In this document: positions 1-13,450 of the stretch, piece after piece | How positions within the stretch are numbered: the first letter of the stretch is position 1 | How the letters are laid out: each line of letters opens with the position of its first letter | Source of the DNA: Octopus vulgaris | Lineage: Eukaryota | DNA length: 64,000 bases | Direction: 5' to 3' | Assembly (NCBI GenBank): GCA_951406725.2 | Contig: OX597823.1 | Span: forward strand, 13,268,001-13,332,000 | The notes under the pieces: generated by a model | Database searches by the model: none | Told to the model about the DNA's origin: nothing | What the model saw: the letters and a program-made list of their open reading frames with translations, nothing else | Position numbers and translations under genes: made by a program

Positions 1-827
1 CCTTCTGGAAGAAAATTCACGGGCATTCAGTACACTTCCTTCGTTGCCGGAATCCATATCATGACAGCACTGTTAAATATGAATTTATAAGATCTGCCGT
101 ATTCAATCAACAAATTTGATTTCAGGCCCCCTGAATTGATGCTCATGTTAATAAATATCTATTATAAATAACATCGGCACGAACACAAGACAATACCACA
201 CACATATGCACACGCACACACACACGCGTGCTTGCACACACACACGCGTGCTCGCACACACATACACACACATCACAAAATGACACTATATATAATTTCT
301 AGTATTACTAATGGTGATTTACTTTTTAATACAATCGAGATGTATTACTTAATAACAGCTCCCAATTTCTCTTTAAAAGAAATCCCACTCCACTATACAC
401 GAAGTATTATTGTTCATACGATTACTAAAAGTGAGGGAATCTCCATTCATCTATTAATGCGAAATCACTACATCAATCTTTATTTTCGAGCGAATGGTAT
501 CTCTGTCTAACGTTCCTCAGTGATTATGATAATAATATTTTCATATCTGATGTCGCCTGTAATTTCCGAACTCAGATTCAATAATTATTAGTCATAAGTA
601 TTATTGATTAGATTAGGATTCCAACTACATTAAGTATTGTGGCACTGACTTGACTGCTAATAGAAGGGTGACAGAATATTAATTCTCTGAGACAACAACA
701 CCTGGTCACCATTAGAATATATAGCTCAAGCTGGATATTCAACTTTAACTAGATAAATATGCGAATGTAAAAGAAATAGGTTTTCACTTACTGAGCTTAC
801 CCTGGAGACAGGAAATTGAGACATGCA

Positions 828-829
828 TA

Positions 830-900
<71 letters not shown>

Positions 901-908
901 TGATGATG

Positions 909-947
<39 letters not shown>
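828..947. repeat. (AAT)n microsatellite
   Basis: Directly visible AAT run with a few GAT units; further AAT runs at 1300-1362 and 1915-2031. Confidence 0.97.
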
Positions 948-949
<2 letters not shown>

Positions 950-1296
950 GGCTGATGACAACGTGTCTCTAAAAGAAATGGAGAAACTCTCAAAATACAA
1001 AGACCTGGAAATAGAGGTAACTAGAATGTGGAATCTGAAAACAGAAACAATTCCTATCATAGTAGGTGCATTAGGCATGATCAAAAAATATTCAGACAAA
1101 TACATAACAAAAACACCAGGACTTACAAACACATATAACATACAGAAAATTGCACTACTAGGCACTGCACACATCCTACGCAGAACACTTTCCATACAAT
1201 AACCATCAGAGCATCACAACAAATCACAGCACATACCCAAGGCACACAGAGCTGTGCTCGGTAGTGAAGTGAAAGCACGCTATAAAAATAAAACTA

Positions 1297-1299
<3 letters not shown>
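948..1299 (+). mobile_element. 5'-truncated R4/Dong-like non-LTR retrotransposon 3' end (restriction-like endonuclease C-terminus plus 3' UTR) inserted in (AAT)n
   Basis: Reads KEMEKLSKYKDLEIEVTRMWNLKTETIPIIVGALG...IQKIALLGTAHILRR*, typical RLE C-terminus of R4/Dong elements; AAT repeats on both sides, the known Dong target type. Confidence 0.85.
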
Positions 1300-1362
<63 letters not shown>

Positions 1363-1363
<1 letters not shown>

Positions 1364-1914
1364 TGCCCTGATGCAGTACCAGGCAGTGGCTCTCATGGCT
1401 TCTGATCTTAACTGACTGGAAGTGTTATCATGTACATTGTTTTGTCTTGGTATAAAAGATGGGCTACAGCAAATATTCTGCTCAATACCACAGATTTGCT
1501 TGTCAGTTGTTTGACCTTAACCAGTTGAGCATGTCCCCTAGTGGCTGACGATATGTGCATCTCTGATCACACGAAGTAGTGGGGGAGCATCATAGCCATG
1601 TGTTGAGAGGGATTCTTTGGAGTTTGAATAATTCACGTCTGGAAACATGGGTGGTTCGTTCTACATCCTTAAACAATCCTTATTCAGGGACCTTTTGAGC
1701 GGGATGGGTTACTCAACCTAAAGCAAATTCTAACTGGGCCCCACCTGCAAGGTCATGTGCTTTTATCTTGATATGAGATCACCATGTCGCGCACATATGA
1801 TTGTGATGCATGTGCCTGGTGTACCCTTATCAGACGGGTAGTCATGCTGGGTATATTGGGCTTCGTATATTTTACCCCAGTGTCACTTTGATGGCATGAA
1901 CTGCTCTCTCACTC
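1363..1914. mobile_element. Unclassified ~550-bp non-coding interspersed-repeat-like insert in (AAT)n
   Basis: Complex, higher-GC sequence sharply bounded by AAT arrays; no ORF in the track. Confidence 0.5.
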
Positions 1915-2031
1915 AATAATAATAATAATAATAACAATAATAATGATAATAATAATAATAATAATGATAATAATAATAATAATAATGATAATAATAATAA
2001 TAATAATAATAATGATAATAATAATAATAAT

Positions 2032-2300
2032 GAAATGATTGTATACAGTGCTGAGGTGCACTAAAACTTGTTAAAAGTGCGTATAAAGCATATGCAGCAA
2101 TGTAGAAATATCTGGAAAGTGAAAGTGTATGAGTCAGATACATGCTTGCGTGTGTATGGAAGGGAGAGAATCAGGTGTAGTGTTGGCGAATCTCAGGAGG
2201 CATGGAAGCTTTGAAGGAGGCAGTACTCCGACAACTAACAACTGATGCCAGCAGTTTGTTCCTTACTTCAGCAAATCTTAGCGTGAAAAAATGTTTCCGA
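2032..2300 (-). mobile_element. CR1-like LINE 3' end
   Basis: Minus strand reads RKHFFTLRFAEVRNKLLASVVSCRSTASFK, resembling the CR1 C-terminal FF.LRV..WN.LP..VV....SFK motif, then a short UTR and (ATT)n tail; related copy at 44922-45092. Confidence 0.75.
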
Positions 2301-5300
2301 GGTGGTATTATTATTATACATTATCAAACCTATGCTGATACTAAGAGAGAATATTAACCACATCGTGAGAGAACGTATGACATGAAAAGCTCTTTCTAGT
2401 TTAGACAAGAATTTAGAAAATTAAGGAGAGAAAAGGTTTGGGGGTTATCATTGACTCCCGTACATAACTTGAAGTGCATGTGATCGACATTGGAATGATG
2501 AAAGAAAAAAGTGCCTCGTTTATTTTCCGTGCAGTCTGGGTGAAAACACCAATTTCCTCCATTTCTCAAAACTCATAAGATTAGACTCGACATACATTAA
2601 AGAAAATAAACAACCGAAATTTAATCTTCTTCTTTGACTGATTTATGTCAACATATACGGTCATCGCTATTTTTCTCGGATTTCCGATTGTTCTCCACCA
2701 CACGAAAGCTGATGTTGACAAGCCGTGCTTACAATTCAAATTAAAAACTATTATAAGTAAACAGCAATGTACTTTGAAGAAAACAAATGTTGTCTTTTTT
2801 TTTATTAATAATGCTACATTAAAGAGCAAACACGTCAATTCTCTTTGTATAGACAAACGATAAAGTAGTGTAAGCTAAATAGCTAAATATATATACCAGA
2901 ATATATATATATGTTGTTTTTCAAAGAAAAAGAACAGATGCCTAGGACACACCAACTCTAATCAAACACAAAACACCTTACTACCGCGAAGCAACAAAGG
3001 AACCTCGAAGTTGCCATTTGATTTACTAGAAATAACAGCAAAATATCATTCAAAATTACATGTCGATTTCTTAATGTATTATCGGAAGAGTCTTATAAAA
3101 TAACGAATTTCAAGATGCACGATGACGCAGAGAATAATTTGAGCATCATGAGTAGAATGACCTTGATCATAAGTCTGCTAATTCAGAGCAGATCTCGGGA
3201 TAAGCTGCAACAACAACATTAAAGAGTAGATAACATTGTACGGAGGGGTAAAGCAACAGAACATTCTTATCTAACATGAAAATATAAAACGATCACACAA
3301 GTGGTGGTTATCACAATAACAGTTCATTGTTACACTGGTATATATGCCGAGCATATCACTGGTATTTATTATTATAAGGACACGGGATTGGTAAAAGCAT
3401 ATTCAACACTTGGTTAATGAAATAAAGTTGAATATACCAGCGGTCTAAAAGCAGGCGGCTGATGTTTAGTATTCTTCATTATCGATAGAATTACACAAAG
3501 TAGGATGTTAGTTATATTTTCAAAAAACAAAGATGTCAGTAAGTTTAAGATATTACGGCCAATCGGCATACTCGTTTGACTATCGGATAGATTGCTTTGT
3601 GGTAACAGTTCTGGGTTTTTCTATCACGAGTTGAAACCTTACCAGATTCATCTTTCCCTTTCATCGTTTTGGTGTCTATCGATAAAATACCAGTCCTATG
3701 CTGAGATCGATCCCCCAGTTTCTCTCATCTTTTTTTCTATCTTTTTCTCTCTTTCTGGAAGAGACTGGACGTGTCCAAACTTGGAGATGGACCGGTTTCA
3801 ACCAGATCGAAAGTGCGCAAGACTCACTGCATGTCATGACGGCGCTCCAACGACTGCAGCAAGTAACAATAGGCCAATATTATGGCATAGCGTGGCGTAT
3901 TTGAGGTGGAGGATGGAAATTATTCATAGCAACAGGAGTGTGTCTAGGTTTGGGATAATACTATGCGAGTGAAATAAAAATTTATCGATCTTACTTTTTT
4001 ATGTTATATTTACTTAATTGTTATCAAGTGTGTGTCTGATTTCTTAAGTGTGCGAAGAAATTCTTCAAATAAAGATTTGAATTATGGTGGAACAGAAATA
4101 TATGAAAAGTCGATACTGTATAAAATATCTCATTGTACGATACAAGATGGAATTTAATAAGGCAAAAAATGAAAAACAATAATCTATAAGATATCTACTT
4201 GGACTAAGAAAAGATAGGGAAAAAAGACAAACTTAATGCAGTAAGAGAAAATATATGAAGTTATGACAAGTGTAGGTGCTATAGGGAAGAACGGCATATA
4301 AATTAAAATATAAAAGAACTTTAAGATAAAATTAGAATTGTTTTAGCTTAGTGATAATTAATAAATTGGTGGAACGGAATTTATATTGCTTTTAAAAGTT
4401 CCTGCAACAAAACTGATACATAAACTGTCTGTGGATTGAAGAGTAATGCTTTGTATTGTTGTTAGCAGATCTATTGTAAACTGCAGGAAAGTGGAGGAAT
4501 GTAATAGGTTTTTAGATATAAAATTAATGTGAGTGATATTAATATTAACAAAATATAATCAAATACTCTATGATTGGGAACATACATTATTATTAAAAAT
4601 AAGTATGTTATTAATATGCAGGAAAAACTGAAAATTGATCTCTGATAGAAACAGATTATTGAAAACTGCAAATTTTAATCACATGCTGCGACATATGAAT
4701 CCTGATTTAATATTATAAATATACACGTTACTAACTTGTAAAATGTTGGGGTTTTTTTTTCTAGAATAATAGAATGATAATGACACGCAATCTTTTTAGA
4801 CGAAAAAGTACATTGCTACAAGTATTATAATTGTAACTTAATGATATGTTTCTGGTTTTCTGATATAAAAAATATGGTAGCAAGTATATTTTTCAGGAGG
4901 GGAATTATTATTAGCTTTTGGAAAGGAAAACGCGTCTCTTTTAGTACTTTCTTTTAAAACTAGTTGTTTACAACGTGGTTTGGTATTCATTGCGCAGCTA
5001 CAAAATCATGAGTTCGATTCCTGAACCAGGTAGCACGTTGGAACAATGAGAAACATCGTTTTATGCCGATTCATTCTACCCAGCGGTAGATGAACACTGG
5101 TACTGCTACATATCTTGTTTTATCTTTTAGATCTGGAATGTGTAGCTGGATACAGAGTAGCTGGATACGAGATGGTATCTATGTCTTCTGACGATGATAT
5201 AGGTGTTTTAAATTATTACAAAACAATGGTATATGTTATTAAACCATATTTACTCGCAAATCTCGGCTGGCTATAGTATTCTATACAGATTTTGGATCAT

Positions 5301-5450
5301 CGTTGGTTTCAGAAACTGAAGTGAGCTAAGAATGAATGGACATGGCTAAAATGATTAATAACTGTAAAAACGTAATGAATCTGTATCTTCCCTTAAAGCC
5401 CATTATAAGTATATATAGTATTGCATTACATTTTAAAAATACAATGGTAG

Positions 5451-6432
5451 GGAACTTTACCTTTTGACCGGCAGATTTAGAAAATAATTTTTTGTAACTA
5501 AACACTTTCAAACTTCGTATACTGGTAGAACGTGTCATATAAAACATGTTTTACTCTTAGCGTTTTTTGTGGAAAGTTTATGTTTACGAAGTTATTTCGT
5601 GCTAAAGTTCTCGTATTTCGGTAATTTCAACTAATTAATAACGTGTATTCAGCTGAATAAAATTATTGCTATTGTTTGTCAACAACAACTTCCGGCGGTG
5701 TATATTTCGTTTGTCACTGTTATTTATGGCATATTTCATCTTAGTTATGTTTGTATGAATAAACGAGTGTATCTGAAGCACGTTTACTTCATGGCATCAC
5801 CATAATCGTTTGTGCATTTCTATTGCTTTTAGCTATTTTTCTTGTTTTTCAGCTACTATTTTCGGAAAGACTTTTTGGACCTACCTACCCCTACCCCTCC
5901 AATTTCTTCATTTTTCATTTTTACCGTAACTCTAACCCTAAAACCCCCAAGTTTAACCCTTACCCTAAAGCCTTAACCCTAACCCTAACCCTAAAACCCT
6001 AATCCTAACACTAAAACTCTAACCCTAACCCTAACCCTAACTCTAAAACCCTAACCCTAACCCTAAAACCCTAACCCTAAAACCCTAAACCTAACCCTAA
6101 CCGTAACCCTAGAACCCCAACCTTAAAGATAAAACCAGTACAAACGCACGAACGATGTCATAAATAACAATGACAAATGAAGAATACACCGCCGATAGTT
6201 GTCGACAAACAACGACAGTAATTTTATTCAGCTGAATACACGTCATTGATTGGTTGAAATTACCGAAATACGAGAACTTTAACATGAAATAACTTCTTAA
6301 ACATAAACTTTTCTCAAAAACGCTAAGAGTAAAATATGTTTATATGACACATTCTACCAGTGTCCGAAGTTTGAAAGTGTTTAGTTACAAAAAAATTATT
6401 TTCTAAATCTGCCGGTCAAAAGGTAAAGAACC
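5451..6432. mobile_element. Non-autonomous MULE/foldback-like DNA transposon with ~300-bp TIRs and 9-bp TSD
   Basis: About 5451-5755 and 6138-6432 are inverted repeats (ggaactttaccttttgaccggcagatttag / ctaaatctgccggtcaaaaggtaaagaacc); caatggtag is duplicated at 5442-5450 and 6433-6441. Confidence 0.88.
5925..6125. repeat. Interstitial telomere-like (CCCTAA)n array with CCCTAAAA variants
   Basis: accctaaccctaaaaccctaa... repeats lying between the two TIRs. Confidence 0.92.
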
Positions 6433-6552
6433 CAATGGTAGATATACCAAAATGACTTGGGCACGGGGAGAAGAGGAACGAATAAGGAAAGAATTAAGAG
6501 AAAATTAAGTTTTAAATTTAATGTTACGGGTAAATGTAGAGACTAACAAAAG

Positions 6553-6617
<65 letters not shown>

Positions 6618-7324
6618 CTGTGTGTGCGTGCGTGTGTGCGTGCGTTTGTGTAAAGTGTGATGAGAATCTTTTAAGAGATTAAGAGGTACATTGCTATTAT
6701 GATGGGTGGATATAATGTAAATGAGATATTTTCTTATAATGAACACATCATAACGTACACGATTCTTTTAAAGGGTTTTAGAGTTTTGATTATTCTCTCT
6801 AGATAGTTGCTAATGCACACAGAACAGCGGTTGCTTGCTAGCACTTTTTGTGAATCTATTTTCGTATATTCTGATTGTATATGGAAACTGTTATCGGTTG
6901 TAACATAAATCTGAGCTGAGGAACTATCTTCCCTTTTCAGCTATAATTAATGTTACTTTTAAAATTCCATATGAATATTGTTAACGCAGTTTTATTTCTT
7001 CTCATTGCAAAATGAATTCGTTAATTGTATGTTAACTGAACCTATATGGATAAGCAGTGCTATTTCTGTTTATTGTTGCTTGATATATAGAATGCCTTAA
7101 ACTTGATATTTATTAACTGCAGGTAAAATAAACATCAGTGATGCTTTATACCATCCAGAAACACAAAAGTCTTGTAAACTATTTTAATATATACATCGCG
7201 ATTATAAGGAATACCACCCGTATCAACAGTATTTGTCTGAGGGCAACACGTGTTTCGTCCCCGAGCGTATTTGTTTCATCCGAGTGGGAGAGCAAGAACC
7301 GTATAAAACTTCACCTGCAAAAGG

Positions 7325-7500
7325 GTTCCATCTGCGCGGTCTCTTATTCACCGCAACCACTTTGAGCTGGTTTCAGCTGTCTTGTATATCTCCTTTGTGG
7401 CTTTCTTCAACAGTTTTTGTACCAGACCAATCTTCTTCCGGACATAGCGCGCCAATCCAGCTGGAAAACTGCGACAGCTGACTTCAGTATGGAATGAGGG
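7325..7500 (-). mobile_element. Degraded Hero-like RLE LINE 3' end
   Basis: EVSCRSFPA...KKATKEIYKTAETSSKWLR resembles the EVGCRGF...AE..S.WLW C-terminus and the 61537-61800 fragment in this window. Confidence 0.55.
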
Positions 7501-8763
7501 TGTGTGCTGTCCCTTGATTAGTGTCTCGTCGACCAAAATCTGAAGTTTAATGTTCTTTAGCTGGTGAAAACTGTTGAGTCTGTTGTCTCAGAACACTAAG
7601 TTCAATCACGATGACGGTTTTGTACTATTGAAAAGCAAGAATGATGATCAGCTGGATTCTGTTCGAAAGAAATTGTAGCTATGTAAGAGATTATAAATAA
7701 TTTTATTGGTTTTTTTTTTTTTTGGTGGGGAGGTGGAATTCAGATTAATAACATACGTATTCTTAACTTGAACGAAGAACGCAACTATATAGCTTCTGAT
7801 TATAATTTAGAACACTTGCTTATAAGACAGTATTTCTTTAGAGATACGATACAACACATCTGCTAACTACAACATTGAAAGAGATAAGAGAGACAGAGAA
7901 ATAGATCATCTAACAGTTTTCTTGCAGATGGCTTCTAATATAAATATCATAAACTCATCAGCCATCATTGACATTATCTATAGACATTTTACTTTATCTT
8001 AATTAATACATACTATTGTGCTTGTAAAACCTGCGCAGCATAGTCTCTCATATTTCATCTTTCTATTTCATTAAGTCCCTTCCTTACATGACACCTAAAT
8101 TGGTCTCTTATAAAATATTGATTTTGTTATACTTATATTCTCTCGCAGTTCCAACAATTACATACCTTACATAGTATCGACTATTCTTATTAATTTGTCT
8201 TTCATGATAATTTTAACAATCGTCTTCGTACGCACAGCAATACACGTAAACAGCAACTGAGCAAAACTTTATAAAACAATATGAATTGCTATTGAGATAT
8301 ATATTTAGTTGCCTGGTTTAAAATTGCAACAAACTTAGACACTCTACCTATATGCTGCCCCTATTTTCATTATATTTATTTTCAATATACCACTAGCTTT
8401 CAATATTTTGAAGATTTAGAAATTTCCGTCTACAACGAGAAATATAAAACACATACCCTCGCTACTAATTTTCGATATCTGCTTGTAATATAAAGAGCAG
8501 TTGATTGATAGTATAGCGCATTGAAGAAATTATGTCTCGTATTTCTTCTTGAACTTTCCGTTCTGAGATCAAATCCTGCGAAGATCAATATCCGCTTTTT
8601 ATCTTTTATTGAGAATTGAAATAAAGAACCAGTCAAGTACTGAGATTGATATCATGACATAGCTTCAATTTTGCTGGCATTGAGCCTAATTTAGAAGTTA
8701 TTAGTTATGCTTATGTTATCGACTTTTCGTTGATAGTTATTTCGAAAATAATAATTATATATA

Positions 8764-8995
8764 TATTTCTTTATTGCCCACAAGGGGCTAAACATAGAGG
8801 GGACAAACAAGGACAGACAAAGGGATTAAGTCGATTACATCGACCCCAGTGCGCAACTGGTACTTTATTTATCGACCCCGAAAGGATGAAAGGCAAAGTC
8901 GACCTCGGCGGAATTTGAACTCACAACGTAACGACAGACGAAATACGGCTACGCATTTCGCCTGGCGTGCTAACGTTTCTGCCAGCTCGCCGCCT
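8764..8995 (-). mobile_element. tRNA-derived SINE family B
   Basis: Minus head ggcggcgagctggcagaaacgttagc, B box gagttcaaattcc, core gcctttcatcctttcggggtcgataaa; second copy at 51627-51848. Confidence 0.85.
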
Positions 8996-9016
8996 TTTAC
9001 AATTATATATATATGC

Positions 9017-9309
9017 TGAGACTCCCTTCGGTCATGACTGACCATAGGATTGCACCTAGAATGTTACCTTCCCAGGCACAAGTCTGGGCAATATTTTTTA
9101 TGGAAGACCAGCAGTCGCCCATGCATACCGGCCTCCCCTCTCCACGCCACTAGTGTTATCCAAGGAAAGGCAACAGCAGATACAGGTGAGTGAACTGGAG
9201 CAGCTTGTTGTGTTCTTGAGCAAGAACACAACAAGCAGCCTGTTCCGGGATTCGAACTCACAACCTCACGATCGTAAGATCGACACTCTAACCACTGAGC
9301 CATGCGCCT
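9017..9309 (-). mobile_element. tRNA-derived SINE family C
   Basis: Head ggcgcatggctcagtggttagag with B box gagttcgaatccc; homologous to 20451-20790. Confidence 0.85.
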
Positions 9310-9521
9310 TCACTACATATATGTATGTATATATATGTACGTATGTATATATATATATATATATAATGTTTATTTGCCCTGTTCATTTGCGCTTTTAGTA
9401 GTGCTAACTTTCAACGGAAACAATTTATTTTGTGGCTGAAACCTTGCGGATCTATTTTTAGTGCTAGAGTAGACCACATGGCGGTCACTCTCTCATATTT
9501 ATATATATATATATATATATA

Positions 9522-9552
<31 letters not shown>

Positions 9553-9634
9553 GTATGTATATATGTATATATATATGCATATTTATATATGTATATATAT
9601 ATACATATGCATATGTATGTATATATATATAATC

Positions 9635-9845
9635 TTTACTCTTTTACTCTTTTACTTGTTTCAGTCATTTGACTGCGGCCATGCTGGAGCACCGCCTTTA
9701 GTCGAGCAAATCGACCCCGGGACTTATTCTTTGTAAGCCCAGTACTTATTCTATCTGTCTCTTTTGTCGAACCGCTAGATGACGGGGACGTAAACACACA
9801 CCAGCATCGGTTGTCAAGCAATGCTAGGAGGACATAGACACACAA

Positions 9846-9888
<43 letters not shown>

Positions 9889-10003
9889 CGACAGGCTTCT
9901 TTCAGTTTCCGTCTACCAAATCCACTCACAAGGCATTGGTCGGCCCGGAGTTATAGCAGAAGATGCCACGCAAGCTACTTACCACACAGCCACTCCTGCG
10001 CCT
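9635..10003 (-). mobile_element. SINE family A (internal CA/TA microsatellite, (AAGAGTA)n-like tail)
   Basis: Six related copies in the window sharing gtttcagtcatttgactgcggccatgctggagcaccgcc and/or cagtttccgtctaccaaatccactcacaagg blocks. Confidence 0.9.
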
Positions 10004-10005
10004 AC

Positions 10006-10064
<59 letters not shown>

Positions 10065-10704
10065 TATATCTATGTATATATATAGTTTGCTTTTATTTCT
10101 CTTTAATTCAAATATTAAAAAATAAACCGGTTGTTCTTCCATAAGTTAGCTTTCAACTAACATAAAAAACATTTACATATCTGACTCTACGTCATTATAA
10201 ATTGATAATATAGTCTTTTTTAACTAATTATTTGTTCTAACGAACTACCTCTCGTTAATATATAACGCTCCCTTTGTGTCAACCCCTTTATTCACTCCGA
10301 ACAATATGATGAAATACAAATAGACCGTTGTACAAAATCTGTGTTCTCTTCAAAGATAAATTACTCGAAGTACTTTATGTAGAAGACCATCTATTGCATC
10401 ACCAGGTGGAGACTGAGAATTTCTACGATAAACTATGTGAAATAAACAATAATCTCATACAAAGATTTAAGTCTTATTAAGCCTACTTCTAACTAACCTT
10501 CCTTTGAATTATATGGTATGTTAATGAATATATGATATGTTAATGATATGTTAATATGATATGAATATATATGTTAATGATATGTTAATGAATACTGTAA
10601 AGTTCAGAAGATTCATCATGGAATTTCGAGAGAAATAAAATGCCTAATTACAACACGTGATATCATAAAATATATGATCATTCGATACTCCTAAAAAAAT
10701 CCTT

Positions 10705-10957
10705 AGGACTGCGTGGTAAGTAGCTTGCTTACCAACCACATGGGTCTGGGTTCAGTCCCACAGCATGGCACTTTGGGTAAGTGTCTTCTACTATAGCCTC
10801 GGGCCGACCAAAGCCTTGTAAGTGGATTTGGTAGACGGAAACTTAAAAGAAGCCGGTCGTATATGTTTGTGTGTGTGTGTGTGTTTGTGTCTATGTTTGT
10901 CTCCCCACCATCACTTGACAACCGATGTTGGTGTGTTTACGTTGGTGTGTTTACACA

Positions 10958-10997
<40 letters not shown>

Positions 10998-11228
10998 GTA
11001 TGTATGCATATATGTATGTGTGTGTATATAATTTTGTGTGTCTGATTGACCCCACCATCGCTTGACAACCGATGTTGATGTGTTTACGTCCCCGTAACTT
11101 AGTTATTCGGCAAAAGAGACCGATACGATAAGTATGAAGCTTACAAAAAATAAGTTCTGGGGTCGATTTGTTCGACTAAAGGCGGTGCTCCAGCCTGGCC
11201 GCAGTCAAATAAAAAAGAAAAAAGAATA
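10705..11228 (+). mobile_element. SINE family A
   Basis: gtggtaagtagcttgcttaccaaccacatgg head; internal duplication of cttgacaaccgatgttg; tail ggcggtgctccagc. Confidence 0.88.
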
Positions 11229-13197
11229 CACGAAAAAAAATAACAAACTAAACGGTTTCACAAAAGTATACATGCTGTTTTTTAGGGCATATTTTAAAAG
11301 GCAAAACAAATAGACACTAAATAAGTCTTTATCCCTCCTTAGAAATAATAGATGAAACAGTACTGTAAATGCACAAATATCATTTTTTAAAAAAAGAGAG
11401 GAATATTATCAGGATTATACTTAAGTATATTTTCCGATGTAATACAAGTTGTTTACAATTAAACAGATTTATAAAAAATACTACGATTTACTGCAATGGT
11501 GCCCACTCCGGGGTAGGTGCGGAGGTAAAGTTATGGTTCTCACTAGAAAAACAAAAAGGAAATATTACGTAATCAGATGAACTAGTCTAAACTTTGATGT
11601 AGTAAAACTGCTTCTAAAAATATTTTTGCTCTCTGGAAAAAACGTCACTAATAAAATATTCATTACAAAATTATTTAGAAAATTTATAATAAAATTTCCT
11701 ACATACTCCACATGATTTAGTAGAAAGTAGTCTATGTTGCAATGCCATGTGTACAATTCGAGGATAATATACCCCCGCTGACCACTCTCCAGATCCTTTC
11801 AAATGGTAATGAACTTTGCCCTTCCGACTTGATTAAAAGACAAAATCATTTTACATATTACGCTTGAAGAAGAGACGCCTATTTAATTTGTCAGTAAAAT
11901 CCACACAAATAGACAAACAATTATATATAATGCAGCTCATGTGACTTTAATCTACTTTCGACGTCCCTTTCATCTTTTTTATTTCTTCATAATTTTGATA
12001 CTGATCTGAAAATCCGGCTTCAATATATTCATTTTAGGTACCATACACGCGTAGATAAGTACATTGAAATCGCAATGCTTAGCTGTGCTCCATTTTCTTC
12101 GAAACCCAAAGATATGCTTTGCTATGGTCTCAGTATAAAAACCTGTTTGTAAACTGCACTTATAATTACTAACTTTACTTTCGTAAGCACCCATTTTATA
12201 ATAACAACCGTTTATCATAACGCTATGATGCGTATACATGTAATAACGAATTCGATTTTCTGTTACACACCTTATTAATACAAAATACAATTTATTTTAA
12301 TGTTCTGACGCTACGAAAAGCCATTAGATATTTTTGCAAAATAATAATGTATATAATTCAAATTTTAAACCAATTTCGTAAGAAGATACGGTTTCATTTG
12401 AAATTAGGTAATATTGATAAAACTTGTGTCTAAATTCCTAATAATTCTTCAACCATAAGAACCGTAACAGCTTTCTTACGGCACTACTTCTAATCACCAC
12501 GTACGGCATAACTCAAAATTGTAAAGAGATACACATAATGCCTGCCAATTACCTTGGAAGAAGCTACTAAAAGAAATATTAATACCAGTAATCTATAAAT
12601 CACTTAAATTAAATTATTCTAATTTTGTTCTTTTTTTAATTATATTTAATTGATGAGATATTTTACATATAAATCCTACACTTAACCTATATTATAGACT
12701 TCCAATTACTACTTCATTAACTGTATCTTATATTGTTTAACTCGGTAAATCATGAACCTATTTCTATTCAAATTCTTCCTTGCGTCCTTCAATTAGATAT
12801 ATTATGAAATATCATCATATATTTATAATTTTCTATCTCATCATAAATTAAATACTTATTTTCAGAATTTATATCAGTACAGTTAACAACTCACACACAA
12901 ACAATGTAGCAAAATTTTATTATGAAATTAAAAAAAAAACTATGTTTATGTGAAACTGACTCAATAGAAATTACCACAAATCTATGAATTCTTCTTTAAT
13001 GGCGAACTGTATGACAGTTACATTTGAATTCTATTCATTTTAAAACTAATGACATTTTCAATTCTTCAAGGAATAAAGTCAACATACGTCATAATTAACA
13101 CATTTCAATCAATAATCAGACGTACATTACCCACCCTATTTTTCTAGCTAATACATAAACACCTCTAAAAATTATTTTTATTGTGTTTCTTTCTCTC

Positions 13198-13430
13198 GAC
13201 ATGCCAGGCTCACGAGGGCCGGTTTCGAGATTTCAGAGGCGCATATATTCCCCACCTGGACGGGACGCCGGAACATTGTAGGATTACTCATTTTTGCTAG
13301 CTGAATAGCCTGGAACAACGTGAAATTAAGTGTTTTGCTCGAGAACAAAACGCGTTGTCCGGGCCAGGAATCGAAACCACAATGTTAAGATCATGCGTCT
13401 AACACCTTAATGACTAAGCCACACGCCCTC
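13198..13430 (-). mobile_element. tRNA-derived SINE family E (diverged)
   Basis: Minus head gagggcgtgtggcttagtcattaagg with B box ggtttcgattcc. Confidence 0.7.
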
Positions 13431-13450
13431 ATCCACTAAATATAAAATTA

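Noticed and set aside
5925-6125. True chromosome end or telomere fusion
   Set aside because: Short, degenerate, single orientation and enclosed by TIRs with a TSD.
11530-11827. Spliced KSCG-UGA as a selenoprotein CGU motif
   Set aside because: A TAA stop follows two codons later, there is no resemblance to SELENOF context and no SECIS was seen.
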